Assembly (NCBI GenBank): GCA_041310635.1
Contig: JBFYXI010000019.1
Coordinates: 1 to 32,818, forward strand
Length of the DNA stretch: 32,818 bases
Direction of reading: 5' to 3'
DNA from: Desulfuromonadaceae bacterium
GTDB lineage: Bacteria; Desulfobacterota; Desulfuromonadia; Desulfuromonadales; BM103
A program made the position numbers and the translations under genes. Shown piece after piece: positions 1-10,508 of this stretch. The notes under the pieces are model-generated. The model ran no database searches. It was not told where the DNA came from and worked only from the letters and a program-made list of their open reading frames with translations. Within the stretch, counting starts at the first letter, position 1, and each line of letters opens with the position of its first letter.

Positions 1-233
1 CCAAAACACCGGAAATCGGCGAAGTCGACGGTCCTCTCCTTGGATTTTCTGACAAAAACCGACGGAACTGCGTTCCTAATCCTTTTGAAGAACCAACGTC
101 AGGACTTTTGCAAGAGGCTCATAGAGTAGAAAATTCTGACTGGAAGTCAATAGCCGACTCAACGCGGCGGCACCGATGACAACCACCGTGCTGCTGTGCT
201 AAGCTATCCAGAAAATCGGCAAAGAGGTGGAAC

Positions 234-548
234 GTGGCGCGTGCGCCCGCCAGTGGCCGGACCCAGCCGGCAACCGGCACTCATGAACAGACCCGTCAGC
301 CGCCGTTGTTCAAGGTGCTGATGCATAACGATGACTACACGACCATGGAGTTTGTGGTCGAGGTCCTGCAGGCCGTTTTCCGTCTGCCGCCCACCGAAGC
401 CAACCGGATCATGCTGCACATCCATTTCAAAGGGGTCGGCATGTGCGGGGTGTTCCCCTTTGAAGTGGCCGAGACCAAGGTCGCCCGCGTGCATGCCATG
501 GCCCGCGGACAGGGCTATCCCCTGCGCTGCACCCTCGACAAAGTCTGA
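234..548 (+). CDS. clpS: ATP-dependent Clp protease adaptor ClpS
   Basis: The translation contains the ClpS core FKVLMHNDDYTTMEFVVEVL...ANRIMLHIHFKGVGMCGVFPFEVAETK. A GAGG-type RBS sits about 5 nt upstream of GTG 234. clpA follows 5 nt downstream. Confidence 0.9.
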   Translation: MARAPASGRTQPATGTHEQTRQPPLFKVLMHNDDYTTMEFVVEVLQAVFRLPPTEANRIMLHIHFKGVGMCGVFPFEVAETKVARVHAMARGQGYPLRCTLDKV

Positions 549-553
549 TTGCC

Positions 554-2802
<2,249 letters not shown>

Positions 2803-2806
<4 letters not shown>

Positions 2807-2880
2807 GGCCTGGGGTCTGGGGACTGGAAGAACCGAATGCGGAAGAGATTTTGCCAGCCCCCAGCAACCAGCCTCTAGCC
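2803..2880. repeat. Heptamer-phased imperfect palindrome: CTAGGGC CTGGGGT CTGGGGA CTGG, a spacer, then TTTTGCCAGCCCCCAGCAACCAGCCTCTAG
   Basis: The left arm (2803-2827) is largely complementary to the right arm (2855-2878). The first CTAG contains the clpA stop codon. The element shares the TTTTGCCAG motif with the other elements. Confidence 0.75.
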
Positions 2881-2889
2881 ACCGCTTTT

Positions 2890-3585
2890 ATGCCCATCTT
2901 CCGCCTGACCGACCAACTGGCCTTCCCCGATCCGCGACTGGCCAGCGCCGAGGGGTTGCTGGCGGTCGGCGGCGACCTCGCCCCGGAGCGCCTGCTGCTG
3001 GCCTACAGCCTCGGCATCTTCCCTTGGTACGGTCCTGGCGAGCCGCCCCTGTGGTGGTCCCCCGATCCCCGCTGCGTCATCTTCCCGGCGACGGTGCACG
3101 TGTCCCGGCGCCTGGCCCGGACCTTGCGGCAAGGGCGCTTTGCCGTCACGTGCAACCACGCCTTCGACGAGGTGATTGCGGCCTGCGCCGATCTCAGGGC
3201 TGGCCACGCCGGGGGAACCTGGCTGGTGCCGGAGATGCGAAGTGCCTACCGGGAGCTGCATCGGCTCGGCTACGCGCATTCGGTAGAGGTCTGGCGGCAC
3301 GGCCAGTTGGCCGGCGGGCTTTACGGCGTGGCGGTCGGCCGTTTTTTCTTCGGCGAATCGATGTTCCACCTCCTGACCGACGCCTCGAAGGTTGCTCTGG
3401 TCAAGCTTTGCCGGCACCTGACCGAGAGGGATTTCGAGCTGCTCGACTGCCAGGTGCCGAACCCGCACCTGCTGCGCATGGGGGCAAGGCTCCTGCCGCG
3501 CAGCGAATTCCTCGAGCGCCTGCACCGGGCCGGGCTGGCCCTGTCGGGCCGGCTGCCGCGACTGCTGCTGCCGGCAACCCTTTAG
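2890..3585 (+). CDS. aat: Leucyl/phenylalanyl-tRNA--protein transferase
   Basis: It carries the motifs GIFPWY and LWWSPDPR. The N-terminus from ATG 2890 (MPIFRLTDQLAFPDPR...) aligns with the known Aat start. The longer ORF from TTG 2851 would translate the repeat arm. Confidence 0.9.
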   Translation: MPIFRLTDQLAFPDPRLASAEGLLAVGGDLAPERLLLAYSLGIFPWYGPGEPPLWWSPDPRCVIFPATVHVSRRLARTLRQGRFAVTCNHAFDEVIAACADLRAGHAGGTWLVPEMRSAYRELHRLGYAHSVEVWRHGQLAGGLYGVAVGRFFFGESMFHLLTDASKVALVKLCRHLTERDFELLDCQVPNPHLLRMGARLLPRSEFLERLHRAGLALSGRLPRLLLPATL

Positions 3586-3587
3586 TG

Positions 3588-3623
3588 TGAAAAAAGGCGG
3601 CCGCGCTGCAAAGCGCGACCGCC
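3588..3623 (-). terminator. Rho-independent terminator of the cytochrome gene
   Basis: On the minus strand GGCGGTCGCGC pairs with GCGCGGCCGCC (11 bp, one mismatch), followed by TTTTTT (plus-strand A run 3590-3595). It lies just downstream of the cytochrome stop at 3651. Confidence 0.7.
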
Positions 3624-3650
3624 GTCGTGGTCCACGGAACAAGGATCGGC

Positions 3651-4226
3651 CTACATCTCGTGACAGGTTCCGCAGGTGTCCTCGTCCTTGACGCCGAAGG
3701 CGGTGCTGCCGTCATGGCAGGCTCCGCAGGAGGCGCCCCCCTCCATGTCGGTCATGCTGGCCTTGTTGACCCCCTTCTGGGCCTTGAAAGTGTCCGGGTG
3801 GCAGGCATCACAGCCGAAGGCCGCGGTGTGCACCTCATGGCTGAAGAGCGCCTTGCCGGCATCGGTTTCATAGACGACATCGCCATTGCCGTGGCACCTG
3901 GCGCAGTCGCCTTTCACTGAAAAGGCTTTCTTGCCGTTGTGGCAGGCCCCGCAGGAAGCCCCGCGTTCCATGGCTTGCATGGTGACGTTCTTGTTGCCGC
4001 GCTTCTTCTCGTAGAGCTTCGGGTGGCAGGAGCCGCAGCCGAACATTCCGCCATGGGCACTGTGGCTGAAGGGAACTTTGCCGACGGCCTTGGTCTGCAG
4101 GTTGACGATATCCACGATCCCTGCCATCCCTCCCATATCCCCCATCCCGCCCATGCCGACGGCATACAGAGCGGATGGCAGGGCGATCAGCAGCGTAACG
4201 ACCATCACGATCCCGAGCCTTGACAT
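3651..4226 (-). CDS. Secreted hexahaem c-type cytochrome with two c7/c3-like trihaem domains
   Basis: It has a signal peptide (MSRLGIVMVVTLLIALPSALYA) and six CXXCH motifs (CGSCH, CGACH, CARCH, CDACH, CGACH, CGTCH). The internal duplication reads FSHxxH...CxxCH...M..ME.GASCGACH...CxxCH. Confidence 0.9.
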   Translation of the reverse strand: MSRLGIVMVVTLLIALPSALYAVGMGGMGDMGGMAGIVDIVNLQTKAVGKVPFSHSAHGGMFGCGSCHPKLYEKKRGNKNVTMQAMERGASCGACHNGKKAFSVKGDCARCHGNGDVVYETDAGKALFSHEVHTAAFGCDACHPDTFKAQKGVNKASMTDMEGGASCGACHDGSTAFGVKDEDTCGTCHEM

Positions 4227-4258
4227 AGCGTTTCTCCCTGGGCAATGGTTTGGCGGTG

Positions 4259-4287
4259 ATTATACCTCGTTTGCCGAATAATGCCAA
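4259..4287 (-). promoter_or_regulatory. Sigma70-type promoter TTGGCA-17-TATAAT for the cytochrome gene
   Basis: Read on the minus strand: -35 TTGGCA (plus 4282-4287), a 17-nt spacer and a perfect -10 TATAAT (plus 4259-4264). It sits about 30 nt upstream of the start codon. Confidence 0.6.
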
Positions 4288-4380
4288 TTCTGCCAAGCTG
4301 TCCGTCTCCGGGTCGGCCAGGCCGGCCGCGGCGCTTTGCCGGCAGCGTGCTTTCCTGACCAGAAAATGGCGTGCTGAGTA

Positions 4381-5511
4381 ATGGACCATCGCTGTGTGGA
4401 ACAATTTTATGCCGTCGCCGCGCCAGGGCTGGAGCAAGTCTGTGCCGACGAACTGGCTGCCCTCGGCATGGTCCCGGCCGGGATCGGCCCGGGAGGGGTC
4501 GAGTTCACCGGCCGATTGGCCGACCTGTACCGGGCCAACCTGCAGTTGCGTACCGCCAGTCGGGTTGTGGTGCGCTTCGGCAGGTTCCGCTGCCGATCGT
4601 TCCCCGACCTTTATCGCCAGGCGGTCCGATTGCCCTGGGGAAGCTTCGTTCGTGCCGGGGCCCCGCTGCACTGCCGGGTCACTTGTCGCAACTCGCGTTT
4701 GATGCATACCGGCCGAGTGGCGGAGACGCTGACGGCTGCCGCCGACCACGCCTTGGGGCGACAGCCGTTGCCCGCCGCAGAGGGACAACTGGTGCTGGCC
4801 AGGATCGTCGACGATGTGGCCGAGCTGTCGATCGACAGCTCCGGAGAGCTGCTCCACCGGCGCGGCTGTCGCACCAACGTGGCGGTTGCGCCGCTGCGCG
4901 AGACCCTGGCGGCCGGCATCCTGCTGCTGCTCGGCTGGGACGGCTCCGGGGCGCTGGCCGACCCACTGTGCGGCACCGGCACCATGCTCCTCGAAGGCGC
5001 CCTGCTGGCGGCCAACCGTGCTCCCGGCCTGCAACGGGAATTTGCTTTCATGTCTTGGCCGGGATATCGCTCCGGCCTGTGGGCTCAGCTGTGCGCCGTG
5101 GCCCGGCAAGCCGAGCGCCCCTGCCCGTCAGCGATTTCCGGCGGGGATGCCGATGCCGGGGCGCTGGCCGCCGCCCGTGCCAACCTGGAACGAGCCGGGT
5201 TGGCCGAGGTTGTCACGCTGCAACAGCGGCTGTTGTCCAGTCAGCCGGTCCACACAGGGCAGGGCCTGGTCGTCTGCAACCCCCCGTATGGCAAGCGGCT
5301 GACGACGGCGGTGCCGTTGGCGGACTATTTCGCCGAGCTCGGCGGGGAGTTGCGGCGGGCCTATCCGGGATGGCGCAAGGCCTTGATCTGCCCTGATGTG
5401 TCCCTGGCCCGCGCCACCGGTCTGCCGCTGCGCGAAGTGGCGCAACTGGACAACGGTGGGTTGCGGGTCGGGCTGTATGCGACGGTTGAGGCGCAGGGCC
5501 GCTGTTCCTGA
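4381..5511 (+). CDS. THUMP-domain class I SAM-dependent RNA methyltransferase (COG0116/RlmL-like)
   Basis: The SAM motif I is LADPLCGTGTMLLEGA and the catalytic motif IV is VVCNPPYGKRL. The N-terminal region is THUMP-like. Confidence 0.8.
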   Translation: MDHRCVEQFYAVAAPGLEQVCADELAALGMVPAGIGPGGVEFTGRLADLYRANLQLRTASRVVVRFGRFRCRSFPDLYRQAVRLPWGSFVRAGAPLHCRVTCRNSRLMHTGRVAETLTAAADHALGRQPLPAAEGQLVLARIVDDVAELSIDSSGELLHRRGCRTNVAVAPLRETLAAGILLLLGWDGSGALADPLCGTGTMLLEGALLAANRAPGLQREFAFMSWPGYRSGLWAQLCAVARQAERPCPSAISGGDADAGALAAARANLERAGLAEVVTLQQRLLSSQPVHTGQGLVVCNPPYGKRLTTAVPLADYFAELGGELRRAYPGWRKALICPDVSLARATGLPLREVAQLDNGGLRVGLYATVEAQGRCS

Positions 5512-5518
5512 TTTCTGC

Positions 5519-5547
5519 TTGCGTTGCCCCGAAAATTCGGCTATATG
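5519..5547 (+). promoter_or_regulatory. Candidate sigma70 promoter TTGCGT-17-TATATG upstream of rpsU
   Basis: Hexamers with 17-nt spacing lie about 55 nt upstream of the rpsU start. Confidence 0.35.
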
Positions 5548-5603
5548 TCACATTCCCCGTGAGTCTGGGGGCTATTGTAGAGTGAAAGCGAGGTGAGGTC
5601 AGA

Positions 5604-5798
5604 GTGGAGATCCAGGTGGTCGACAACAATGTCGAAAAGGCCATTCGGGTTCTCAAGCGCAAGCTGCAGCAGGAAGGGCTATTCCGCGAGATGAAGCAGC
5701 GGAAGTACTACGAAAAGCCGAGCGTGAAACGTAAGCGCAAGGAGAAAGAAGCCCAGCGGCGACTGCGCAAGAAGATGCGCTTGATGCGTACCGACTGA
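5604..5798 (+). CDS. rpsU: 30S ribosomal protein S21
   Basis: 64 aa and basic. The sequence EKAIRVLKRKLQQEGLFREMKQRKYYEKPSVKRKRK is the classic S21 sequence. The start is GTG with a GAGGTGAGG RBS. Confidence 0.95.
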   Translation: MEIQVVDNNVEKAIRVLKRKLQQEGLFREMKQRKYYEKPSVKRKRKEKEAQRRLRKKMRLMRTD

Positions 5799-5818
5799 TC
5801 ACCCGCAGTGCATGAAGA

Positions 5819-5864
5819 ACGCAGCAGGCCGGCCCTTGGAGGGCGGCCCTGCTGCGTTTGTTGG
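5819..5864 (+). terminator. Rho-independent terminator after rpsU
   Basis: ACGCAGCAGGCCGGCCC pairs with GGGCGGCCCTGCTGCGT (about 16 bp, one bulge). The loop is TTGGA and TTGTTGG follows. Confidence 0.7.
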
Positions 5865-5885
5865 CTCGTTATTGGCATGCGGTAT

Positions 5886-5951
5886 CTAGTGTCTGGTTGA
5901 TTGAGACCTGACTGCAGGTTAATGTCCCAGCAACCAGCAACCAGCAACCAG
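5886..5951. repeat. Heptamer-phased element: CTAGTGT CTGGTTG, a central mini-hairpin ACCTG/CAGGT, then (CCAGCAA)3 CCAG
   Basis: The unit family matches that at 15068-15256 and 16582-16658. The CTGGTTG and CAACCAG arms are complementary. Confidence 0.7.
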
Positions 5952-6037
5952 ATTGCTCTGGACTTGCCCCCGCCCAAGCTGGTATGAAAAAGTGTTCACT
6001 CTGGCGCTGAACCGATCCCCGCAGGAGGTCTGTCAAC

Positions 6038-7012
6038 ATGGGCAGCACGGTGCATTATTCAGAGCTTGGCCTGGCCAACACCCGCGACATGTTCGCCAAG
6101 GCGATGGCCGGCGGCTATGCCATCCCGGCCTACAATTTCAACAACCTCGAGCAACTCCAGGCGATCATCACCGCCTGCGCCGAGACCGGCTCGCCGGTCA
6201 TTGTCCAGGTCAGCAAAGGGGCCCGCGACTACGCCAACCAGACCATGCTGCGCTACATGGCCATGGGTGCGGTGGCGATGGCCCGCGAGATGGGGTCCAA
6301 CATCCCGATCTGTCTGCACCTCGACCATGGCGACTCCTTCGAGCTGTGCAAGTCGTGCGTCGATTCCGGCTTCTCATCGGTGATGATCGACGGTTCGCAT
6401 CTGCCCTACGAGGACAACATCAAGCTGACCCGCCAGGTGGTCGAGTATGCCCACCAATTCGACGTCTGCGTCGAAGGGGAGCTCGGCGTGCTGGCCGGGA
6501 TCGAGGACGAGGTTTCCGCCGAGCATTCGACCTACACCCGCCCCGAGGAGGTCGAGGATTTCGTCAGGAAGACCGGGGTCGATTCCCTGGCGATCTCCAT
6601 CGGCACCTCCCACGGTGCCTACAAGTTCAAGCCAGGGGCGGCAGTGCCGCCGCTGCGCTTCGACATCCTCGAGGAGATCGAGCAGCGCATTCCCGGTTTT
6701 CCCATCGTCCTGCATGGCGCCTCCAGCGTGGTGCAGGAGTATGTGGCGCTGATCAACCAGTATGGTGGCAGGATGGAAGGGGCGGTCGGCATCCCCGAGG
6801 ATCAACTGCGCCGGGCCGCCGCCAGCGCGGTGTGCAAGATCAACATCGACTCCGACGGCCGCCTGGTGGTGACCGCCAAGGTGCGCGAGTACCTGGCCAA
6901 CCACCCCGGCGAATTTGACCCGCGCAAATATCTGGGCGCCGCCCGCAAGGAACTGGTCAAGCTGCTCAAGGAGAAGAACGCCACGGTTTTGGGGAGTGCA
7001 GGCAAGGCGTAA
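6038..7012 (+). CDS. fba: Class II fructose-1,6-bisphosphate aldolase
   Basis: 324 aa. It carries YAIPAYNFNNLEQLQAII, HLDHG and VEGELG, the metal-dependent class II FBA signatures. Confidence 0.93.
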   Translation: MGSTVHYSELGLANTRDMFAKAMAGGYAIPAYNFNNLEQLQAIITACAETGSPVIVQVSKGARDYANQTMLRYMAMGAVAMAREMGSNIPICLHLDHGDSFELCKSCVDSGFSSVMIDGSHLPYEDNIKLTRQVVEYAHQFDVCVEGELGVLAGIEDEVSAEHSTYTRPEEVEDFVRKTGVDSLAISIGTSHGAYKFKPGAAVPPLRFDILEEIEQRIPGFPIVLHGASSVVQEYVALINQYGGRMEGAVGIPEDQLRRAAASAVCKINIDSDGRLVVTAKVREYLANHPGEFDPRKYLGAARKELVKLLKEKNATVLGSAGKA

Positions 7013-7067
7013 TCCTGTGTGATACGTCACCCGAGTCAGATCCAGTTTTCCCGGATTTTCGTGAAGC

Positions 7068-7106
7068 AAGAGCCGCCCTTCGACAGCCGGGGCGGCTCTT
7101 TTGTTT
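7068..7106 (+). terminator. Rho-independent terminator after fba
   Basis: A perfect 11-bp stem forms between AAGAGCCGCCC (7068-7078) and GGGCGGCTCTT (7090-7100), followed by TTGTTT. It lies between the convergent fba and lipoprotein genes. Confidence 0.8.
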
Positions 7107-7130
7107 ATGCTGCGCTCGGGAGCGAGATCC

Positions 7131-8378
7131 TTATGGTTTGTGCGGCTCACCCGTCGGCAGGGGCTGAAATTCCACTTCGAGGTTGAGCGTCTCGCCGACG
7201 CGCTCCACGGTGAGGGTCGAGCGGTCGCCCTTCTGCCGCTGGCCGATGGCATAGATCAGATCGAAATTCTCGACGATCGGCTCCCCGTCGATGGCCAGGA
7301 TGAAGTCGCCGGTCTGCACGCCGCCACGATCTGCCGACGAGCCGGGAACGACCGCCAGCACCGCCACCCTGCCGTCCTGCTCTTCCATGCGCACGCCGAG
7401 CTTGACCCGATCCCCGGGCAGATCCTCGTAGGCGGTGAACACCACATAATCGTAGGGCGCCATGGGGAACGCGGGCATCTGCACGTGCATGCGCTGGCCG
7501 AGCCGGTGTTCCGGGAATTCGACTTCTTCGCTGCCGATCAGCGCATAGGAGACCGGCAGGCGGCGGAAAACCCGGCGTGGGATGCCGAAGCCGTAGCGGA
7601 CGTGGTGACTGCCGGCCAGCACCACCATGCGTTGACTGTCGTCGGGGAACGACTGCAGGTGGCGGACCACGCTTTCGGCCATGGCTTCGTCCCACAGGGT
7701 CTGGACCCGCTGGAAGCCGGCCAGATGGCTGCCTCCGGCAGAATGACCGCCAAAGACCGCTTCGACCATGGCCGTCTGGTAGGGATCGCTCATGTCCAGC
7801 TCCGGCAGCTGATGGTGTTCCTCGGCGGCCAATTCGGCCGGGGGTTTTTGACTGATAGCTTTGACCAGTGCTTTTTCGGCATTGAGTGCGACCACCGGGA
7901 TCTTCTGCTCGCGGGCAAAGTGCAGCAGGTCCCGGTAGAAGGCAAAATCCAGGCTCCAGACCGAATACCAGTCCGCTTCCTTGAGGAACTGCTTTTCACT
8001 CAGTTCGCCGGCGACCCAGCGGTCGAGCACCGGCTGCTCGGCACGGGTGAGCATCTCCATGCCGAGACTGACCCGTCCCGGCCAGCGTTCGGCCATGGTC
8101 TTGAGTACGGCCAACTGGACACGGTGAGCGGCCGGGTTGTCATGGGTCTCGCCGACATAGACGATGCGCGCATCGGTGGCTGCCGCCAGCATCTGCGCCT
8201 CGGTCACTGGCGTGCCGGTCGGGATGTGCATGATCTCGCCGACGCGCGGCGGCTGGGGTGGCGGGTAGGGTAGCTCGGGGCTGCCGATGGGCGCCTGGCT
8301 CATGGTACAGGCGCTCAGGAGCAGCAGGGCCAGGCCGAGGGCTGCGGCCGGCGTAAAAATGCGCAAGGTATAGTGCAT
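7131..8378 (-). CDS. ChaN-family (Tiki/haem-binding-like) lipoprotein with C-terminal PDZ domain
   Basis: Starting from ATG 8378, the protein has a signal peptide with a lipobox (LLLLSAC). It also has the ChaN-like motif IVYVGETHDNPAAH and a C-terminal PDZ-like segment GVQTGDFILAIDGEPI. The 53 aa further upstream in the ORF track look non-coding. Confidence 0.75.
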   Translation of the reverse strand: MHYTLRIFTPAAALGLALLLLSACTMSQAPIGSPELPYPPPQPPRVGEIMHIPTGTPVTEAQMLAAATDARIVYVGETHDNPAAHRVQLAVLKTMAERWPGRVSLGMEMLTRAEQPVLDRWVAGELSEKQFLKEADWYSVWSLDFAFYRDLLHFAREQKIPVVALNAEKALVKAISQKPPAELAAEEHHQLPELDMSDPYQTAMVEAVFGGHSAGGSHLAGFQRVQTLWDEAMAESVVRHLQSFPDDSQRMVVLAGSHHVRYGFGIPRRVFRRLPVSYALIGSEEVEFPEHRLGQRMHVQMPAFPMAPYDYVVFTAYEDLPGDRVKLGVRMEEQDGRVAVLAVVPGSSADRGGVQTGDFILAIDGEPIVENFDLIYAIGQRQKGDRSTLTVERVGETLNLEVEFQPLPTGEPHKP

Positions 8379-8558
8379 GACAACTCCGGAGTTTGGATGT
8401 GGTGCCGACGGCGAATCGTCAGGGGCATGTGGTGAATTAGAGCATGAGCGGCCTCTTCGGCTCAAGGGGGAAGCGGCCGGACCTTCCCCCCCCGACCGCA
8501 CGGCAACCGCCTGCCTCGAAAAAATACCGACCGGCACCGCTGGCCACTGAATTTCCTG

Positions 8559-8586
8559 TTGACAAGCGCCGCCGGAACGCTAGAAT
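8559..8586 (+). promoter_or_regulatory. Sigma70-type promoter TTGACA-16-TAGAAT for the XRE-cupin regulator
   Basis: The -35 is a consensus TTGACA at 8559-8564 and the -10 is TAGAAT at 8581-8586. GAATT-containing motifs flank both hexamers. Confidence 0.55.
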
Positions 8587-8637
8587 TCGCATCTGACTTT
8601 TTTCTTAGCAGCACTAAACAACAGAGGGGCGTGACCC

Positions 8638-9183
8638 GTGAAAATCGGTGATCGACTGAAGCGGCTCAGAATCATCAACTCGCTGACCCAGGAAGAGCTG
8701 GCCAGTCGGGCGGATCTGACCAAGGGCTACATTTCGCAGGTGGAAAACGATACCGCTTGCCCGTCGATTGCCACTCTCAAGGACATTCTCGACGTCTTTG
8801 GGGTGAGCATGCAGGAATTCTTCACCGAGCCGACCGATACCGAGGTGGTGTTCGGCAGCGACGCCCGGGTGCAGTCGACCGCGGACGGGGATGCGGTGAA
8901 AGTTGAACTACTGGTCCCCGGCGCCCAGAATCGCGAGATGGACCCGGCGCTGGTGACTCTGGCACCGGGCGCCGAGATGGAGCTGCAGGATGTGCATGAG
9001 GGGGAAGAATTCGGCTATGTCCTGCGAGGCCGCATTCAGGTGCGACTCGACGACAAGTGCTACAAGGTGGAGCGGGACGAGTGCTTCTTCTTCACCTCAG
9101 ACCGTCGTCACGCGGTGAAAAATATCGGTCGCGGGCCGGCGAAGATTTTGTGGGTGGTCACCCCACCGACCTTCGACTATTGA
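8638..9183 (+). CDS. XRE-family HTH transcriptional regulator with C-terminal cupin domain (PuuR-like architecture)
   Basis: The N-terminal HTH is LTQEELASRADLTKGYISQVEN. The C-terminal cupin segment is HEGEEFGYVLRGRIQV...FFFTSDRRHAVKNIG. The start is GTG with an AGAGGGG RBS. Confidence 0.85.
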   Translation: MKIGDRLKRLRIINSLTQEELASRADLTKGYISQVENDTACPSIATLKDILDVFGVSMQEFFTEPTDTEVVFGSDARVQSTADGDAVKVELLVPGAQNREMDPALVTLAPGAEMELQDVHEGEEFGYVLRGRIQVRLDDKCYKVERDECFFFTSDRRHAVKNIGRGPAKILWVVTPPTFDY

Positions 9184-9192
9184 CTGTGTATC

Positions 9193-9259
9193 CAGAATTC
9201 AGGAACCGGTAAACATAACGGCTTTTTTCTGAATTCCGGATGCCGAACCTGAATTCCGG
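9193..9259 (+). promoter_or_regulatory. Three copies of a CTGAATTC(C/T)GG motif upstream of the polyamine genes (candidate operator)
   Basis: CCAGAATTCAGG lies at 9192-9203 in inverted orientation. CTGAATTCCGG lies at 9229-9239 and again at 9249-9259, as direct copies 20 nt apart. Confidence 0.4.
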
Positions 9260-9292
9260 GGCGGGTGATTCCCCGGGGAAGGAGATCATAAG

Positions 9293-10492
9293 ATGAGCAA
9301 GGTTCTGATCATCGGGGCCGGCGGGGTCGGCCGGGTCGTCGTGCACAAGTGCGCCCAGCGCAAGGATATCTTCACCGCCATCACGCTGGCGTCGCGAACC
9401 AAGAGCAAGTGCGATGCCATTGCCGCCGAAATAAGACATTTTCCGGTGCAGACCGCGCAGGTCGATGCCGACAACGTGCCGGAACTGGCGGCGCTGATCA
9501 AGCGGGAGCAGCCCCGCCTGGTGATTAACGTGGCGCTTCCCTACCAGGACCTGACCATCATGGACGCCTGCCTGGCGACCGGGGTCGATTACCTCGACAC
9601 GGCCAACTACGAGCCCCATGATACCGCCAAATTCGAGTACAGCTGGCAGTGGGCCTACCACGACCGCTTCCGCGACCAGGGGATCATGGCCCTGCTCGGC
9701 AGCGGCTTCGACCCGGGGGTGACCAACGTCTACACGGCCCTGGCGGCGAAGCAGTACCTCGACGTGATCGAAGAGCTCGATATCATCGATGCCAACGCCG
9801 GCAGTCACGGCCAGCCCTTCGCCACCAACTTCAACCCGGAGATCAACATCCGCGAGGTGACCGCGCCCTGCCGCCACTGGGAAGACGGCCGCTGGGTGGA
9901 GACCCCGGCGCTGACGACCAAGCGCAGCTTCGACTTCCCCGGGGGGGTCGGGCCGATGAACATCTATCGCCTCTACCACGAGGAGATGGAATCGCTCGTC
10001 AAGCACCTCCCGACCATCAGGAAGGCCCAGTTCTGGATGACCTTCTCCGACAACTACCTCAAGCACCTCGAGGTGCTGCAGAATGTCGGCATGACCCGCA
10101 TCGACGAGGTCGAGTTCCAAGGGCAGAAGATCGTGCCGATCCAGTTTCTCAAGGCGCTCCTTCCCGACCCGGGGAGCCTGGGGCCGCTGACCAAGGGGAA
10201 GACCTGCATCGGCGTCATCGCCCGCGGGCGGAAAGACGGCCAGCGCAAGCAGGTCTACATCTACAACATCTGCGACCACGAGGCCTGCTATGCTGAGACC
10301 AACTCCCAGGCGATCAGCTACACCACCGGCGTGCCGGCAGTGGTCGGCGGCATCATGATGCTGACCGGCAAGTGGCATGCGCCGGGGGTGTGGAACATGG
10401 AACAGTTCGATCCGGAACCGTTCCTCGAGGTGCTCGGCCCCATGGGCCTGCCCACTGTTGTCGTTGACGGCGGCGACTGGCCGGAACTGTGA
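9293..10492 (+). CDS. Carboxy(nor)spermidine dehydrogenase/synthase (saccharopine dehydrogenase family)
   Basis: 399 aa. The N-terminal Rossmann motif is VLIIGAGGVGRVV. The length and overall sequence are typical of CASDH/CANSDH, and it sits next to the cognate decarboxylase. Confidence 0.88.
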   Translation: MSKVLIIGAGGVGRVVVHKCAQRKDIFTAITLASRTKSKCDAIAAEIRHFPVQTAQVDADNVPELAALIKREQPRLVINVALPYQDLTIMDACLATGVDYLDTANYEPHDTAKFEYSWQWAYHDRFRDQGIMALLGSGFDPGVTNVYTALAAKQYLDVIEELDIIDANAGSHGQPFATNFNPEINIREVTAPCRHWEDGRWVETPALTTKRSFDFPGGVGPMNIYRLYHEEMESLVKHLPTIRKAQFWMTFSDNYLKHLEVLQNVGMTRIDEVEFQGQKIVPIQFLKALLPDPGSLGPLTKGKTCIGVIARGRKDGQRKQVYIYNICDHEACYAETNSQAISYTTGVPAVVGGIMMLTGKWHAPGVWNMEQFDPEPFLEVLGPMGLPTVVVDGGDWPEL

Positions 10493-10508
10493 GTCAAGCA
10501 AAAACGAT

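Noticed and set aside
95-135. A promoter-like TTGCAA ... TAGAAA/AAATTC upstream of clpS.
   Set aside because: The spacing is wrong for the better -10 (13 nt), and the hexamer at 17-nt spacing is poor. This is not supportable by eye.
2851-2889. N-terminal extensions offered by the ORF track: aat from 2851, the lipoprotein to 8537, alr from 18335, purH from 20982, purD from 22715, thiDE to 18100, and the membrane protein from 32304.
   Set aside because: The extensions translate repeat elements, riboswitch or terminator sequence, or low-complexity sequence. Internal ATG starts with better RBS context match the known family N-termini.
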